Below are positions 19,694 to 28,868 of a stretch of DNA of 62,238 nt, in pieces. The position numbers and the translations under genes are program-made. The notes beneath the pieces were generated by a model. It worked only from the letters and a program-made list of their open reading frames with translations. It searched no databases and was not told where the DNA came from. The stretch is from a virus (lineage: Duplodnaviria > Caudoviricetes), in IMG/VR virus record IMGVR_UViG_3300038300_000076, positions 1-62,238 of that record; one strand, 5' to 3'. Numbering within the stretch: the stretch's first letter is position 1; every line of letters starts with the position of its first letter.

Positions 19694-20020
19694 TTATAGA
19701 ATTTCTTTAACTTCTCTGCTTATAAGTAGTAATCCTTCATACTTCTTTCGCTCCCAATTCCACCATTCATCCTTAAACTTAAAATATTTCTTCTTTGCCT
19801 CACTCTGCAACGTTTTGTGAATATCTAAAAAAACTTCTTCAGCACAGGTCTCGCACAACTCTATATCCTGATCAAACCCATCCATCCCAATGCTGTAGAA
19901 TCCAAATGAAAAATTCAGGGACGCTGTTTTCTCAACTCCATCACTGTCAAAAACTTCGCCGCACTTACAGCAAAATAAACCAAATACTTCAATTTCTTTC
20001 ATACCTAATGATTTTTTCAT
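19694..20020 (-). CDS. Zn-ribbon hypothetical protein (C-terminal EGLLLIS)
   Basis: CxxC...LCxxC. Confidence 0.7.
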   Translation of the reverse strand: MKKSLGMKEIEVFGLFCCKCGEVFDSDGVEKTASLNFSFGFYSIGMDGFDQDIELCETCAEEVFLDIHKTLQSEAKKKYFKFKDEWWNWERKKYEGLLLISREVKEIL

Positions 20021-20364
20021 ACCATCTCCAATCTATAATCAAGCAAAAGAAGCTCACCTTTTTTTATTAATTTTGACGCTTGATTCCTTTTAACAATGTC
20101 TGTAATTGCAATTAATTCTTTAAAATAAATATCTACTTTTTCAGAATCCTCCCAGTTGCCATAGACAAGCCCAACTGTAATATCAAAAGTTCTAATCATA
20201 ATATCATGAGAACTTAGCAGTAAATGACCAATGGCGTCTAACAAAGGACTAAGCCCAGCTTCAAGATATTCATCCCTCAGGGCATTTAGAGTTTTGTAAT
20301 TCTTATTTAACTCAGCTACAGCTCTTATTAAATGCTTTAAACATATCTCATCATCTTTCCTCAT
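20017..20364 (-). CDS. hypothetical protein
   Basis: ORF track. Confidence 0.65.
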   Translation of the reverse strand: MRKDDEICLKHLIRAVAELNKNYKTLNALRDEYLEAGLSPLLDAIGHLLLSSHDIMIRTFDITVGLVYGNWEDSEKVDIYFKELIAITDIVKRNQASKLIKKGELLLLDYRLEMV

Positions 20365-20400
20365 GCCTTATACCTATATGTCTCATTATAAAATAAAAAT

Positions 20401-20433
20401 AAAAAAAGGCCGACTATTGCTAGTCGGCCTTTT
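20401..20433 (-). terminator. intrinsic terminator
   Basis: AGGCCGACTA/TAGTCGGCCT stem with A/T runs. Confidence 0.8.
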
Positions 20434-20448
20434 GCTTACATAAACATC

Positions 20449-20676
20449 TTAAACAGAAGTTCCAGCTTCCATCTCAACGATATCAACTACTTCATTGCTG
20501 TGGAATGTTTCTACAGTTGTACTGTCAAACTCAACTTGAATATTGAAGTCATCTTCGGATACACCATCCACAAACTTTATATCCGTTACAAGTCCTTCAC
20601 TCTTATTGCCATCTTCTTTTACAAAAGAATAATCTTTATTCTTTAAAATTATATGATCTTGAATCTCTTTCTTCAT
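20449..20676 (-). CDS. hypothetical protein
   Basis: ORF track. Confidence 0.65.
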   Translation of the reverse strand: MKKEIQDHIILKNKDYSFVKEDGNKSEGLVTDIKFVDGVSEDDFNIQVEFDSTTVETFHSNEVVDIVEMEAGTSV

Positions 20677-20699
20677 CGAACTACTTTCCTTTTTTTATT

Positions 20700-21905
20700 T
20701 TACATGTCAAATTCTTTTTGACTATTATACTTCTGATCGATATCAAATCCTAATATCAAATTTCCTAATTCATTATACTTACTCTTCTCTTCAGGCAAGA
20801 CTGAATTGAAAACCGTGTAGTTTAAAGCTTTTCCAAGGTCTTCATAGATTCTGTACATGTCGGCAATGTTAATAATACTTCTAGTACTAAATGGAGTAGT
20901 GCATTCTCCAGTTTTTATTGCTTCTCTGATACCATCTCTAAACCTTAGAATATCTTTTGCTACTTTGTCATTTCCTACTTTCTCTTTAAGTATATTCTTT
21001 TCTGCCTGCTTATTATAGCCAAATCTAAAATAAGCTGTCATTCTGTTTAGAATGGAAATGTCCAATGCGTCTCCTTGAGCAGTATATCCAGCCATTGACA
21101 TGTCAGTCATTCCACGTCCCATTGTGTTAGCTGATAGGATAATACGAAATCCCTTGTGAGACTTTACAACACGTCCTCCATCAGTATCTAAACATATTTC
21201 TCGGACAGCACTGTCGCACTCAAGAATTCTATTCAATCCAATGGCAATATAGGAAGGAATTGCAGCAGCTTCATCAATATAAAGAATTCCAGGTTCTGCT
21301 CCTTCTATTTCTTCGCCATTATCATCAAGACCTTCAATCATTGCTAATTCCAAGATCCCTTTGACATGCTTAATAAAGTTCTGTTTTGTCACTTCATCAA
21401 TCTCGATGGTCTTTTCGCCAAAGAATGATGAGCTGTCCATATCACGACGACAGTTTATTCTGAATACTTTTCTTTTAAGTTGCTTTCCAAGCCATTCGGT
21501 ATACACGGTCTTACCACATCCAGTAGAACCCCAAAACCAAACATTGTGAGGTTTTTCGTCTGTAAGAATTGATCTAACGTCTTTATCGAATGATGGCGGT
21601 AGAAATGAGTGAGTTGTTCTTTTACGTCTTGGTTTTTTAACAACAGGAGAAGTCTTTGAAGCCTTTGGCTCGGCTCCTTCTTTACTTTCGCCTATAGAGT
21701 AAATAGTAAATGTTTTATCATCAACATCAAGATCCGTTGCATATCCTCTTTTGGATAGCTTCATTCTTACACGTGCATTCTTGATGTTTTTCTCAAGCCC
21801 TTCAATCTTGGGAGAATCCCACTTGCAGTGGAGCATTCCTTTGTTTTTCTTAACTATCTCAACTACCCTGTCAACTACTTCTTCATTTGTAAGCTTACTA
21901 GCCAT
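20700..21905 (-). CDS. MoxR/CbbQ/CobS-like AAA+ ATPase
   Basis: Walker A GSTGCGKT, RINC, Walker B LYIDE, FRIILSANT.G.G, FSTR. Confidence 0.9.
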   Translation of the reverse strand: MASKLTNEEVVDRVVEIVKKNKGMLHCKWDSPKIEGLEKNIKNARVRMKLSKRGYATDLDVDDKTFTIYSIGESKEGAEPKASKTSPVVKKPRRKRTTHSFLPPSFDKDVRSILTDEKPHNVWFWGSTGCGKTVYTEWLGKQLKRKVFRINCRRDMDSSSFFGEKTIEIDEVTKQNFIKHVKGILELAMIEGLDDNGEEIEGAEPGILYIDEAAAIPSYIAIGLNRILECDSAVREICLDTDGGRVVKSHKGFRIILSANTMGRGMTDMSMAGYTAQGDALDISILNRMTAYFRFGYNKQAEKNILKEKVGNDKVAKDILRFRDGIREAIKTGECTTPFSTRSIINIADMYRIYEDLGKALNYTVFNSVLPEEKSKYNELGNLILGFDIDQKYNSQKEFDM

Positions 21906-21948
21906 TTTATACTTCTCCGAATCAATTTGTATTATTTAAGTTGATATA

Positions 21949-21976
21949 ACTATAATTGCCATTTCTCTTTCTTCAA
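21949..21976 (-). promoter_or_regulatory. sigma70-type promoter
   Basis: TTGAAG-N16-TATAGT. Confidence 0.5.
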
Positions 21977-22315
21977 CTAGAGATTGAACTTTTCTTTATA
22001 CTTTTTACAAATTAAATTAACACTGTTATCAAACTTGTTATTTTTTATTTTATCCAATGAGGAAGAAATGATATCCCTCTTGGCACTTTCTTTACTGTCC
22101 AATCTGATTTCTTCAAATTCAATCCTTCTCGGAGAATAACCTTTCATTCTAAAAACAGAAATAATATCATAAGAATGAACATCTACTCCATCAACTGCCA
22201 ATCTATCCAGATCACACAGCCAATCTATAGCATCAATATCGTTGACGAATTTTAATCCTCCATAAAGCTGCATCACTAGATCGTCTATCAACTTCTGATT
22301 TTCTTCGATGTTCAT
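21977..22315 (-). CDS. hypothetical protein
   Basis: ORF track; AAGGAG SD. Confidence 0.7.
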   Translation of the reverse strand: MNIEENQKLIDDLVMQLYGGLKFVNDIDAIDWLCDLDRLAVDGVDVHSYDIISVFRMKGYSPRRIEFEEIRLDSKESAKRDIISSSLDKIKNNKFDNSVNLICKKYKEKFNL

Positions 22316-22326
22316 TTATATCTCCT

Positions 22327-22671
22327 TTAGAAAGATTCCTTTGGTGATTTCTTCTCAATTGGCAAGGCTGGAGGAATATACTCCTCATAAACTTCAAGCT
22401 TATTGTTTTTTGCTATATATGGAACTCCATATGCAGCGTTAATAGCATTCGTTGCATATGAAGAAGCCCTGTCATTGCTTGAACTCACAGCGGTTTTTTC
22501 ATACACAACAATCCACATCTTATCAGCTTCTGCTTTATGCTCGGTTGGAATGGAATAATACACATGCGCAGATTTGTTATCATGGTACATCCAAATAGTT
22601 CCTAAAATTACTGATGATGCTGCAAACCAAAAGAATGCATACATCAGTCCATCGCCTATATCTAATTTCAT
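22327..22671 (-). CDS. membrane-anchored hypothetical protein
   Basis: N-terminal TM helix; AAGGAG SD. Confidence 0.7.
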   Translation of the reverse strand: MKLDIGDGLMYAFFWFAASSVILGTIWMYHDNKSAHVYYSIPTEHKAEADKMWIVVYEKTAVSSSNDRASSYATNAINAAYGVPYIAKNNKLEVYEEYIPPALPIEKKSPKESF

Positions 22672-22689
22672 TTTATTCTCCTTATTAAT

Positions 22690-24693
22690 TTAATTAATTG
22701 TTACTGCGCCTTTAGTGATGATGTCGGCCATAGTCTTGTAAAATGCCTGACCCATTTTGTTTCCTTCAAGATGTATAAAGTTATCTTTTCCATAGAACTG
22801 TTGAGGCTCTCTGGTGTTTATTCCAAACCCATATACTTCTATCCCATCCTTACGACACTTACTACAAACATTTCTTAAGTTACCAGCGAATAAACGTTGG
22901 TTTCCTTGTCCTGCTTCTGGGTGTCCATCAGAAAGGGAAAATATTATCTTTCTTGTCTCACTCTTCTCTCTTAATCTCATTGAAGCATATTCAACCATTT
23001 CTCCATCAACATAATGCTTTCTTGAAGAAGATGTTGTTATTCTCTCCTTAGAATAAGCCCAATTTTCTTCAAAGCTCTTATAATGGTAATAGACGATTGG
23101 ATTTGTACGAGTAAATCCATTTGTATTATTTGTTCGTGAATCATTACTCCAATATTTTGTAGTTCCACCAATAATTTCAAATGGAACTTTGATTGAATTT
23201 AAAGTTTCTCCCAGCGCCATAGCCAATAGTTGAATTTGAAGATACTCTCCCATAGATCCCGACTCGTCTATAACTATTGAAACTGCTGTATTTATAGATG
23301 AACCCGGATCAGTTGTAAAGAATACTTGCTTTGATAAACTTTTTGCTATCGCTGTATAACGCTTAGGATCAATCTTTCCTCTTGTCATATATGGATGTTT
23401 ATATGACATCGCCATTGATCTTAAAGCTTGCTCTAAATAACGAGACATTCCCATTATATCAGATGCAACTCTTTCACGTCTTTCCTTATAAATTTTTCTC
23501 TCTCTCGCTCCTATCTCAGGAACAATATGCTCATCATCCTCTCTCTTACAAGTATAAGCCTTATCTTCAGGATCAACACTCTCTAAAAGCTTTTTGATGC
23601 TTTCTGCAGCAACATCTTCCAACTGAGTTCCTTGAGCCTGATCTTCAAGCATCTCTTCCAAAGTAGCCTCAGAAAGTTTTTCAGACTTCACATCTCCTTC
23701 ATCAGCTTGATTCTTCTTTCCGCTTCTTTTATTTCCGCCACCACTCTTACTTTGAGAACTTTCATTTTGTTCAGAATCTCCTTCCTCAGATCCCGAATCT
23801 CCCTGACCTTTTCCTTGGCTTTCTGAGCTTCCTTCTCCTTCTGAATCGGATTCACCTTCTCCTTCGCTTTGGCCTTCTCCTTCTGAATCTTCTTCTCCCT
23901 CGCCTTCTCCTTGGCCCTCTCCACTATTATCATCTTCGGAATCTTCTTCTCCTTGGCCCTCTCCACTATTATCATCTTCGGAATCTTCTTGGCCTTCTCC
24001 TTCGCCATCTGACTCCTCATCGCCTTCCTCATTTCCCTGACCTTCGCCTTCATCTTCGCCATCTTCATTGTCAGGCTCCTGATTCATGTCTTTCATAATT
24101 TCATAAATCTTATCGGCAATCTTTAAACAGTCAGATGTGTTCTCAGCCAAACGAGTTTTGCAAAACTCCTCATAACATTCATCCATATAATCATTGGCTT
24201 CATCGGATACAGTCCAAGCAGGAACTAATCCTTCATACTTGAATGACATTCCTACCAACGCTTCCATGACTGGATTTGGCTCATAGTTTGGATTTTGCTT
24301 TTCTTTATTAATAGAAGTAGCATATTCCTTATTAAGTTCTTTGCACTGATAGCTTAATACTGGGCCTGCGCCTTTGTACTTCTTCTTCAACACGCCTTCC
24401 ATTCTACGGTCTTCCACTGCATTCAATATTTTAAATTTTACACCAGATGGAGTTTTACCTTTTGGAAGTTTTGTTTCTGAGCAGTGACCAGCTTCATGGT
24501 AAACTTTACCTCTGAGCATCATCAATGTCTTGTGATTTAGAGTTCCAGTTCTTGGAATGTAAATAGTCTTTGTATCGACATCAGCATAAACAGATGGTTT
24601 ATCGTGATATACAACTGTCACTCCCTTATCGCCTATAAAATCTGCGACAACTCTGAGAGAGTCTTCTATTTCGTTTGTTGAAAAATTGATCAT
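22690..24693 (-). CDS. CobT-like VWA protein with N-terminal HExxH domain and acidic linker
   Basis: HEAGH, NAVEDRR.E, long E/D/G-rich linker, MIDAS DESGSM and LSDG. Confidence 0.88.
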   Translation of the reverse strand: MINFSTNEIEDSLRVVADFIGDKGVTVVYHDKPSVYADVDTKTIYIPRTGTLNHKTLMMLRGKVYHEAGHCSETKLPKGKTPSGVKFKILNAVEDRRMEGVLKKKYKGAGPVLSYQCKELNKEYATSINKEKQNPNYEPNPVMEALVGMSFKYEGLVPAWTVSDEANDYMDECYEEFCKTRLAENTSDCLKIADKIYEIMKDMNQEPDNEDGEDEGEGQGNEEGDEESDGEGEGQEDSEDDNSGEGQGEEDSEDDNSGEGQGEGEGEEDSEGEGQSEGEGESDSEGEGSSESQGKGQGDSGSEEGDSEQNESSQSKSGGGNKRSGKKNQADEGDVKSEKLSEATLEEMLEDQAQGTQLEDVAAESIKKLLESVDPEDKAYTCKREDDEHIVPEIGARERKIYKERRERVASDIMGMSRYLEQALRSMAMSYKHPYMTRGKIDPKRYTAIAKSLSKQVFFTTDPGSSINTAVSIVIDESGSMGEYLQIQLLAMALGETLNSIKVPFEIIGGTTKYWSNDSRTNNTNGFTRTNPIVYYHYKSFEENWAYSKERITTSSSRKHYVDGEMVEYASMRLREKSETRKIIFSLSDGHPEAGQGNQRLFAGNLRNVCSKCRKDGIEVYGFGINTREPQQFYGKDNFIHLEGNKMGQAFYKTMADIITKGAVTIN
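23905..23988. repeat. perfect 42-bp tandem duplication in acidic linker
   Basis: TTCTCCTTGGCCCTCTCCACTATTATCATCTTCGGAATCTTC at 23905-23946 and 23947-23988. Confidence 0.95.
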
Positions 24694-24723
24694 AATTAAA
24701 ATCCTTTGTTTTTATCTTTAAAT

Positions 24724-24751
24724 AAGATAGCGCAGAATTTTAGTTTGTCAC
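24724..24751 (-). promoter_or_regulatory. sigma70-type promoter
   Basis: GTGACA-N16-TATCTT upstream of the VWA gene. Confidence 0.5.
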
Positions 24752-24771
24752 GGGGATATTGTTAGAAATAT

Positions 24772-24966
24772 TCATCTTTCTTCTTTATTTAAATTCCAAA
24801 CCATCAGACATCCTTCTGGACAATAGTAATAGTTTGGACTCAAATCTCCATTTGAAGCTAAAATTCCAACTTCCTTCAAGGCTTCAGTAGCTTCTTCTGG
24901 AGATTTTATCCTTTTTGATTCCCTATGCATAGCCTCTATAAGCTTTTGCCTTAATTCACTATTCAT
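24772..24966 (-). CDS. small hypothetical protein (C-terminal EGCLMVWN)
   Basis: ORF track. Confidence 0.7.
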   Translation of the reverse strand: MNSELRQKLIEAMHRESKRIKSPEEATEALKEVGILASNGDLSPNYYYCPEGCLMVWNLNKEER

Positions 24967-24969
24967 ATG

Positions 24970-25332
24970 TTATACAATTTCTTCTTTGTCAAAAATAAAT
25001 AAAGCATTGTCAACTTTATCTATTTTTTTTAGATCCTTGTGTCCAATTACTGCACGTGTTCCACAGGAAATATTATATTCCCTAAAGACCCAAACATTCC
25101 AATCCTTCATACTTCGCCATTTAGATATAGTTTTATATATTGGCTCCTTGTTGTAAATAAACAAAGCACTGGGCTCCATATTTATAACATTTAAAGTTTT
25201 ATGTTCACAGGCATAATCCAACTCATGATCTCCATATGTAGAAATCTTCTGAGATAAAATCCATTTCTTTGAATTTCTAGCCCATACCCATTCCGGCTTT
25301 CGCTTTACAATCCTATCCATTATCATCTTCAA
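24970..25332 (-). CDS. hypothetical protein (SALFIYNKE, DNALFIFDKEE)
   Basis: ORF track. Confidence 0.65.
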   Translation of the reverse strand: MKMIMDRIVKRKPEWVWARNSKKWILSQKISTYGDHELDYACEHKTLNVINMEPSALFIYNKEPIYKTISKWRSMKDWNVWVFREYNISCGTRAVIGHKDLKKIDKVDNALFIFDKEEIV

Positions 25333-25708
25333 ATGTTAAAACTCTAACTTGTTCTCTAACGAAACTTCCCACAATCATAGGACTTGAAGTTATAATCTCA
25401 ACTTCATCAATTTCCTCAGCTGTATCGTTGTTGATCAATTCATCAATGAAGGACTGTTGCTCAAAAGCGGCAAGGTGTCTTTCTGGAAATACAAACAAAA
25501 GACTTCCACTTAATGACTTCCTTTCCATCACGTCACTAATCATCCCTGAGCCCACTTCACGTATTAAATCGAATCCTTTGTGGCGAGGTGGTCTCTGTTT
25601 GACTACAGACACTTTAAAACGTATTCCCTTGTTATTGTGGAATTTTTCTCTATCCGTAGCATTCTCTGGAAAATCTGCAAAATACTCATCTAATTTCACA
25701 TCACTCAT
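25313..25708 (-). CDS. hypothetical protein resembling the C-terminal half of ABC/AAA_21 ATPases
   Basis: LLFVFPERHL...EQ..FIDEL...IITSSPMIV versus canonical LLIDEPE.HLHP..Q...IITTHSP; probable start MSDVK. Confidence 0.55.
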   Translation of the reverse strand: MSDVKLDEYFADFPENATDREKFHNNKGIRFKVSVVKQRPPRHKGFDLIREVGSGMISDVMERKSLSGSLLFVFPERHLAAFEQQSFIDELINNDTAEEIDEVEIITSSPMIVGSFVREQVRVLTFEDDNG

Positions 25709-25721
25709 ACTATTTAATTCC

Positions 25722-25751
25722 GTTTTTATTTTTATTTTTATTTTTATTTTT
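25722..25751. repeat. (TTTTTA)n short tandem repeat
   Basis: About 4.5 direct copies. Confidence 0.8.
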
Positions 25752-25809
25752 GATAAATATATCTCAGATGGGCAAAGATTCAAGTCGATATTGAGGATTT
25801 ACTGGAAAG

Positions 25810-25875
25810 CTTAATAGATCCTCTGGAAAAACACAAAAAACAAGGATTGAAATAAAAACCAGAAGATCTATTAAG
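25810..25875. repeat. 17-bp imperfect inverted repeat
   Basis: CTTAATAGATCCTCTGG ... CCAGAAGATCTATTAAG. Confidence 0.75.
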
Positions 25876-25909
25876 TATTAATTTACTATACACTCTACAT
25901 TCAAACAAT

Positions 25910-26146
25910 TCAAATCTCCTTTTTGTTCCATATTGTCAAACAATTTTCTTCCACCTCTACAAAGCAACTCATTGGAACAACTGTATCAGTCCCAAATCCA
26001 TCTGGCCATCTGTAATGAAGATATCTATCAATGTCATGCTTTTCAACTTCAACAACTCTTCCTACAAATGGTCTTAATCCAAACCAAGCGCCACCACGAT
26101 AATTAGGATTCCATTCTTCTATTATTAGTATATCAACAAGTTCCAC
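25910..26146 (-). CDS. hypothetical protein (C-terminal ENCLTIWNKKE)
   Basis: ORF track. Confidence 0.65.
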   Translation of the reverse strand: MELVDILIIEEWNPNYRGGAWFGLRPFVGRVVEVEKHDIDRYLHYRWPDGFGTDTVVPMSCFVEVEENCLTIWNKKEI

Positions 26147-26453
26147 TTTTAATATTCTTTTCCCACTTATCCATCTTCTTGTTCATATAGCTTAACACTT
26201 CGGAACTGTCTCCGCTTCTGGCGAAATAAAGAGAGAATACGCATATTGCAATATCCAACGCTTCTCTGCTGGATGATTCATCAAGACTCTTGTAAGCCTT
26301 TACATCACTTCCATCTTCTATACATACAGCTGTAGAGAATTCTCCTAGCTCTTCCAATAAGTGAAGTACGATTGTTCCTGTGTTTTCTGACGGATTCTTC
26401 AACTGTTCCTCAGTTAAGAACTTAATTCTTTGTAACGTTTCTTCAAATTTCAT
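26133..26453 (-). CDS. MazG-like nucleotide pyrophosphohydrolase
   Basis: L.EELGE...EALD..I...KMDKW. Confidence 0.7.
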   Translation of the reverse strand: MKFEETLQRIKFLTEEQLKNPSENTGTIVLHLLEELGEFSTAVCIEDGSDVKAYKSLDESSSREALDIAICVFSLYFARSGDSSEVLSYMNKKMDKWEKNIKSGTC

Positions 26454-26721
26454 TTTGATCCCATACTTTCAATTTTCCATTAAATATTTCTTCGAACTCT
26501 TCAAAAGTTATCACATCTCCCATATCACGCATTCTATCACTGGATATCATACTTGAATGAGTTAAATCACCATCTTTATCAAGAAACAAATAATGAGAGT
26601 CCAAATTTGATATTTCACTGCTCCCAGTAATCCAGCTGTGTCCACAATCAAATAACTCACGTTGAACTATAGCTGATTGCTCATGATTTACTTTCATTCT
26701 AAAGGCCATCATTACTTTCAT
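26443..26721 (-). CDS. hypothetical protein (C-terminal NGKLKVWD)
   Basis: ORF track. Confidence 0.7.
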   Translation of the reverse strand: MKVMMAFRMKVNHEQSAIVQRELFDCGHSWITGSSEISNLDSHYLFLDKDGDLTHSSMISSDRMRDMGDVITFEEFEEIFNGKLKVWDQNEI

Positions 26722-26741
26722 CTCTCATTGTTTTAAACTCT

Positions 26742-26769
26742 ACAATAACATTTCAACTTAATAATTCAA
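26742..26769 (-). promoter_or_regulatory. sigma70-type promoter, extended -10
   Basis: TTGAAT-N16-TATTGT with TG at the extended -10 position. Confidence 0.45.
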
Positions 26770-26792
26770 CTTGACAATCATTTAAAATGTCC

Positions 26793-26825
26793 AAAAAAAA
26801 AATGGCTCAAATTAATGAGCCATTT
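26793..26825 (-). terminator. intrinsic terminator after csp
   Basis: ATGGCTCA/TGAGCCAT stem plus T-run. Confidence 0.75.
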
Positions 26826-26850
26826 AAAAAACTGAATTATATATAAGTTA

Positions 26851-27051
26851 TTAAGATACAACTTCTACATTAGCAGCTTGTGGGCCTTTTCTTCCGTCTT
26901 CGACTTCAAAACTAACCTTTTGTCCCTCTTCAAGAGTTTTATAACCCTCAGAATTTATTGCCTTAAAATGGACAAAAATGTCATCACCACTTTCACGTTC
27001 AATGAAACCAAATCCTTTCTCTCCGTTGAACCACTTAACTGTACCTTCCAT
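26851..27051 (-). CDS. cspA: cold-shock protein
   Basis: GTVKWFN.EKGFGFI (RNP1), DIFVHF (RNP2), GPQAANV. Confidence 0.97.
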   Translation of the reverse strand: MEGTVKWFNGEKGFGFIERESGDDIFVHFKAINSEGYKTLEEGQKVSFEVEDGRKGPQAANVEVVS

Positions 27052-27158
27052 TATTTCTTCCTTGTTTCTTTTTTTGTTTTTCTATACTACTTCTTTAACC
27101 ATTCATATTATACATGACATTTAAGATATTTCTATTCACTTCTGAATAAAATACTAAA

Positions 27159-27695
27159 CTATTTCAAATAATGCCTGAAAGTTAAACTTATTCTTCCTCC
27201 GCAATCACAACTGTGCTTAGGGATCTTATGAAGATTGTCTCTCTGGAAATCTTTTGGCATTACAAACAATGAACCATTTCCAAGCAACTGTTGTTGATCA
27301 GATGGAATAACTCCCTTGTAATCCTTATGTTTCCAGAATATAGGTCTCTCGGCTCCAAAGCTTACTACCGATATCGGATGATCATTGTCCATCTCTGGAC
27401 TGTCATCAGCATGCCATCCCAAATGATTCTTACTATCTGAGTAATAGTTTAGAAAGCAAATATCATATTCACAGTTAAACTCATCATTCATTCTTTCCAT
27501 CAATTCTTTAACTAAAGGATGGAATAAGTTAGAACTATATGTCCTTTCCCCTCTTCCACTTCCATACGTATACTCAAGAAAGTTGTCCGACATGAAGTAT
27601 TCATCACGAGGTGCTCCCGTTGATACCCACTCCAAATCATTCAACAATTCATCGAATATACTTTTAGTATAATTTTCTATGTATTCAGGTTTCAT
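27159..27695 (-). CDS. alkB: AlkB-family 2OG-Fe(II) dioxygenase
   Basis: LNYY, GWHADD, SFGAER, H.IPK, RISLTFR. Confidence 0.92.
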   Translation of the reverse strand: MKPEYIENYTKSIFDELLNDLEWVSTGAPRDEYFMSDNFLEYTYGSGRGERTYSSNLFHPLVKELMERMNDEFNCEYDICFLNYYSDSKNHLGWHADDSPEMDNDHPISVVSFGAERPIFWKHKDYKGVIPSDQQQLLGNGSLFVMPKDFQRDNLHKIPKHSCDCGGRISLTFRHYLK

Positions 27696-27696
27696 T

Positions 27697-27873
27697 TTAC
27701 TCTATCCTTTTGAAAATTCTTATCCTTTCCTTACTCCATGTCAACAAGACTCCTTCAATGGGATCTATAGGCATGCTTGCAAGTCTTTCAAAAGCTTCGA
27801 GAACCTGAGCATCAAATTTAGTTGACACATAGCCATCAATCTCAGAATCATCCATCTCAAAATAATCTATCAC
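27697..27873 (-). CDS. small hypothetical protein, 58 aa (EGVLLTWSKE)
   Basis: Manual translation; GTG start overlaps the upstream TGA. Confidence 0.6.
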   Translation of the reverse strand: MIDYFEMDDSEIDGYVSTKFDAQVLEAFERLASMPIDPIEGVLLTWSKERIRIFKRIE

Positions 27874-28508
27874 TTTAAATCTTCTTCTATGTCTGAAAAC
27901 TGACTCTTTGATATGGAGCTATAGACAGATTCTAATCTATTCATTACAAACGCTGCCACTTCTCTTAAAAAATCTCTTAAAAACAATGACAATAGAGAGA
28001 AAGGCCAATAAATTATCCAAAAGGTAATCTTTCCCGTATTATGAGAAGGAGTTAAGTACATTATAAATGACTTGAAACTTCCATTATAATCCATCCACTC
28101 TTTCTTCAATGTCTCTGCATCTTTTTCTTTGTTTGACTTCTTCCCCATGAAGGTTTCCTTCTCCCTCAAATACTTATTCTTTTTACCTTTTACAAATAGG
28201 AACCACTTCAATACAGAATACAATGCTCCTATTCCAATGTAAACTCCCATGTGTATTAAAAAACTCACAGGGTTGCTCATATAATAGTCTAAGATGTCCT
28301 TCCCTCTTCCGAAGAAATAAGAAATTAATCCAACAACCAATGTAAAAAAAACAACAAGGCCGTAAGTCTCATCATCAAGACAGAATATAACGCCAAGAAC
28401 ATAAGCCAAAGTCAAAGCCCAAAACCAAATTCCACCTATCGCTAAAAACATTTCAATCATTTTATTTATCCTTGCTACATTTACAATCTGGATTATGCGT
28501 AATTCCAT
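27870..28508 (-). CDS. membrane protein
   Basis: Several TM helices; true start probably MIEMF. Confidence 0.7.
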   Translation of the reverse strand: MELRIIQIVNVARINKMIEMFLAIGGIWFWALTLAYVLGVIFCLDDETYGLVVFFTLVVGLISYFFGRGKDILDYYMSNPVSFLIHMGVYIGIGALYSVLKWFLFVKGKKNKYLREKETFMGKKSNKEKDAETLKKEWMDYNGSFKSFIMYLTPSHNTGKITFWIIYWPFSLLSLFLRDFLREVAAFVMNRLESVYSSISKSQFSDIEEDLK

Positions 28509-28734
28509 ATTTACTAGTACTATTCACTACAACATATGTATGGTCTTTATACTCTTCAATGGTAATTTCTTTCCCACCAATTTTATCTTTTTTAACTTCA
28601 TCTCTAGAATCACATGACATTACAAAACATATAGAAACTAAAAAAATCATTATTAAACAAAAACATCTTTTCATTTTATTTATCCTCAAGTACTTCAATT
28701 TCTTCTTTATTAAAAGTCTGCCCATCCAACTCAA
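28462..28734 (-). CDS. putative lipoprotein
   Basis: Hydrophobic signal then SC; C-terminal THNPDCKC; true start probably MKRCF. Confidence 0.6.
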   Translation of the reverse strand: MSWMGRLLIKKKLKYLRINKMKRCFCLIMIFLVSICFVMSCDSRDEVKKDKIGGKEITIEEYKDHTYVVVNSTSKYGITHNPDCKCSKDK

Positions 28735-28867
28735 TAGTTCCTTCTCTATCGAGTCCTAATAATTGCTCGTCTGTAAGATTTTTAATCGTCACTGCAAACC
28801 GTCCAAAATCTGCCCCCAAACGTTTTCCTAATAATCTGAAATTTGGCTTGCCATATAACTTGCTCAT
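28676..28867 (-). CDS. stand-alone fragment resembling the C-terminal domain of type-2 isoleucyl-tRNA synthetase
   Basis: KPNFRLLGKRLG.DF...A..IK.L..EQ...L...G.IELDG......EIEV. Confidence 0.6.
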   Translation of the reverse strand: MSKLYGKPNFRLLGKRLGADFGRFAVTIKNLTDEQLLGLDREGTIELDGQTFNKEEIEVLEDK

Positions 28868-28868
28868 T

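Noticed and set aside
23688-24068. Lys/Glu-rich alternative-frame ORF
   Set aside because: A by-product of the low-complexity acidic linker of the VWA gene.
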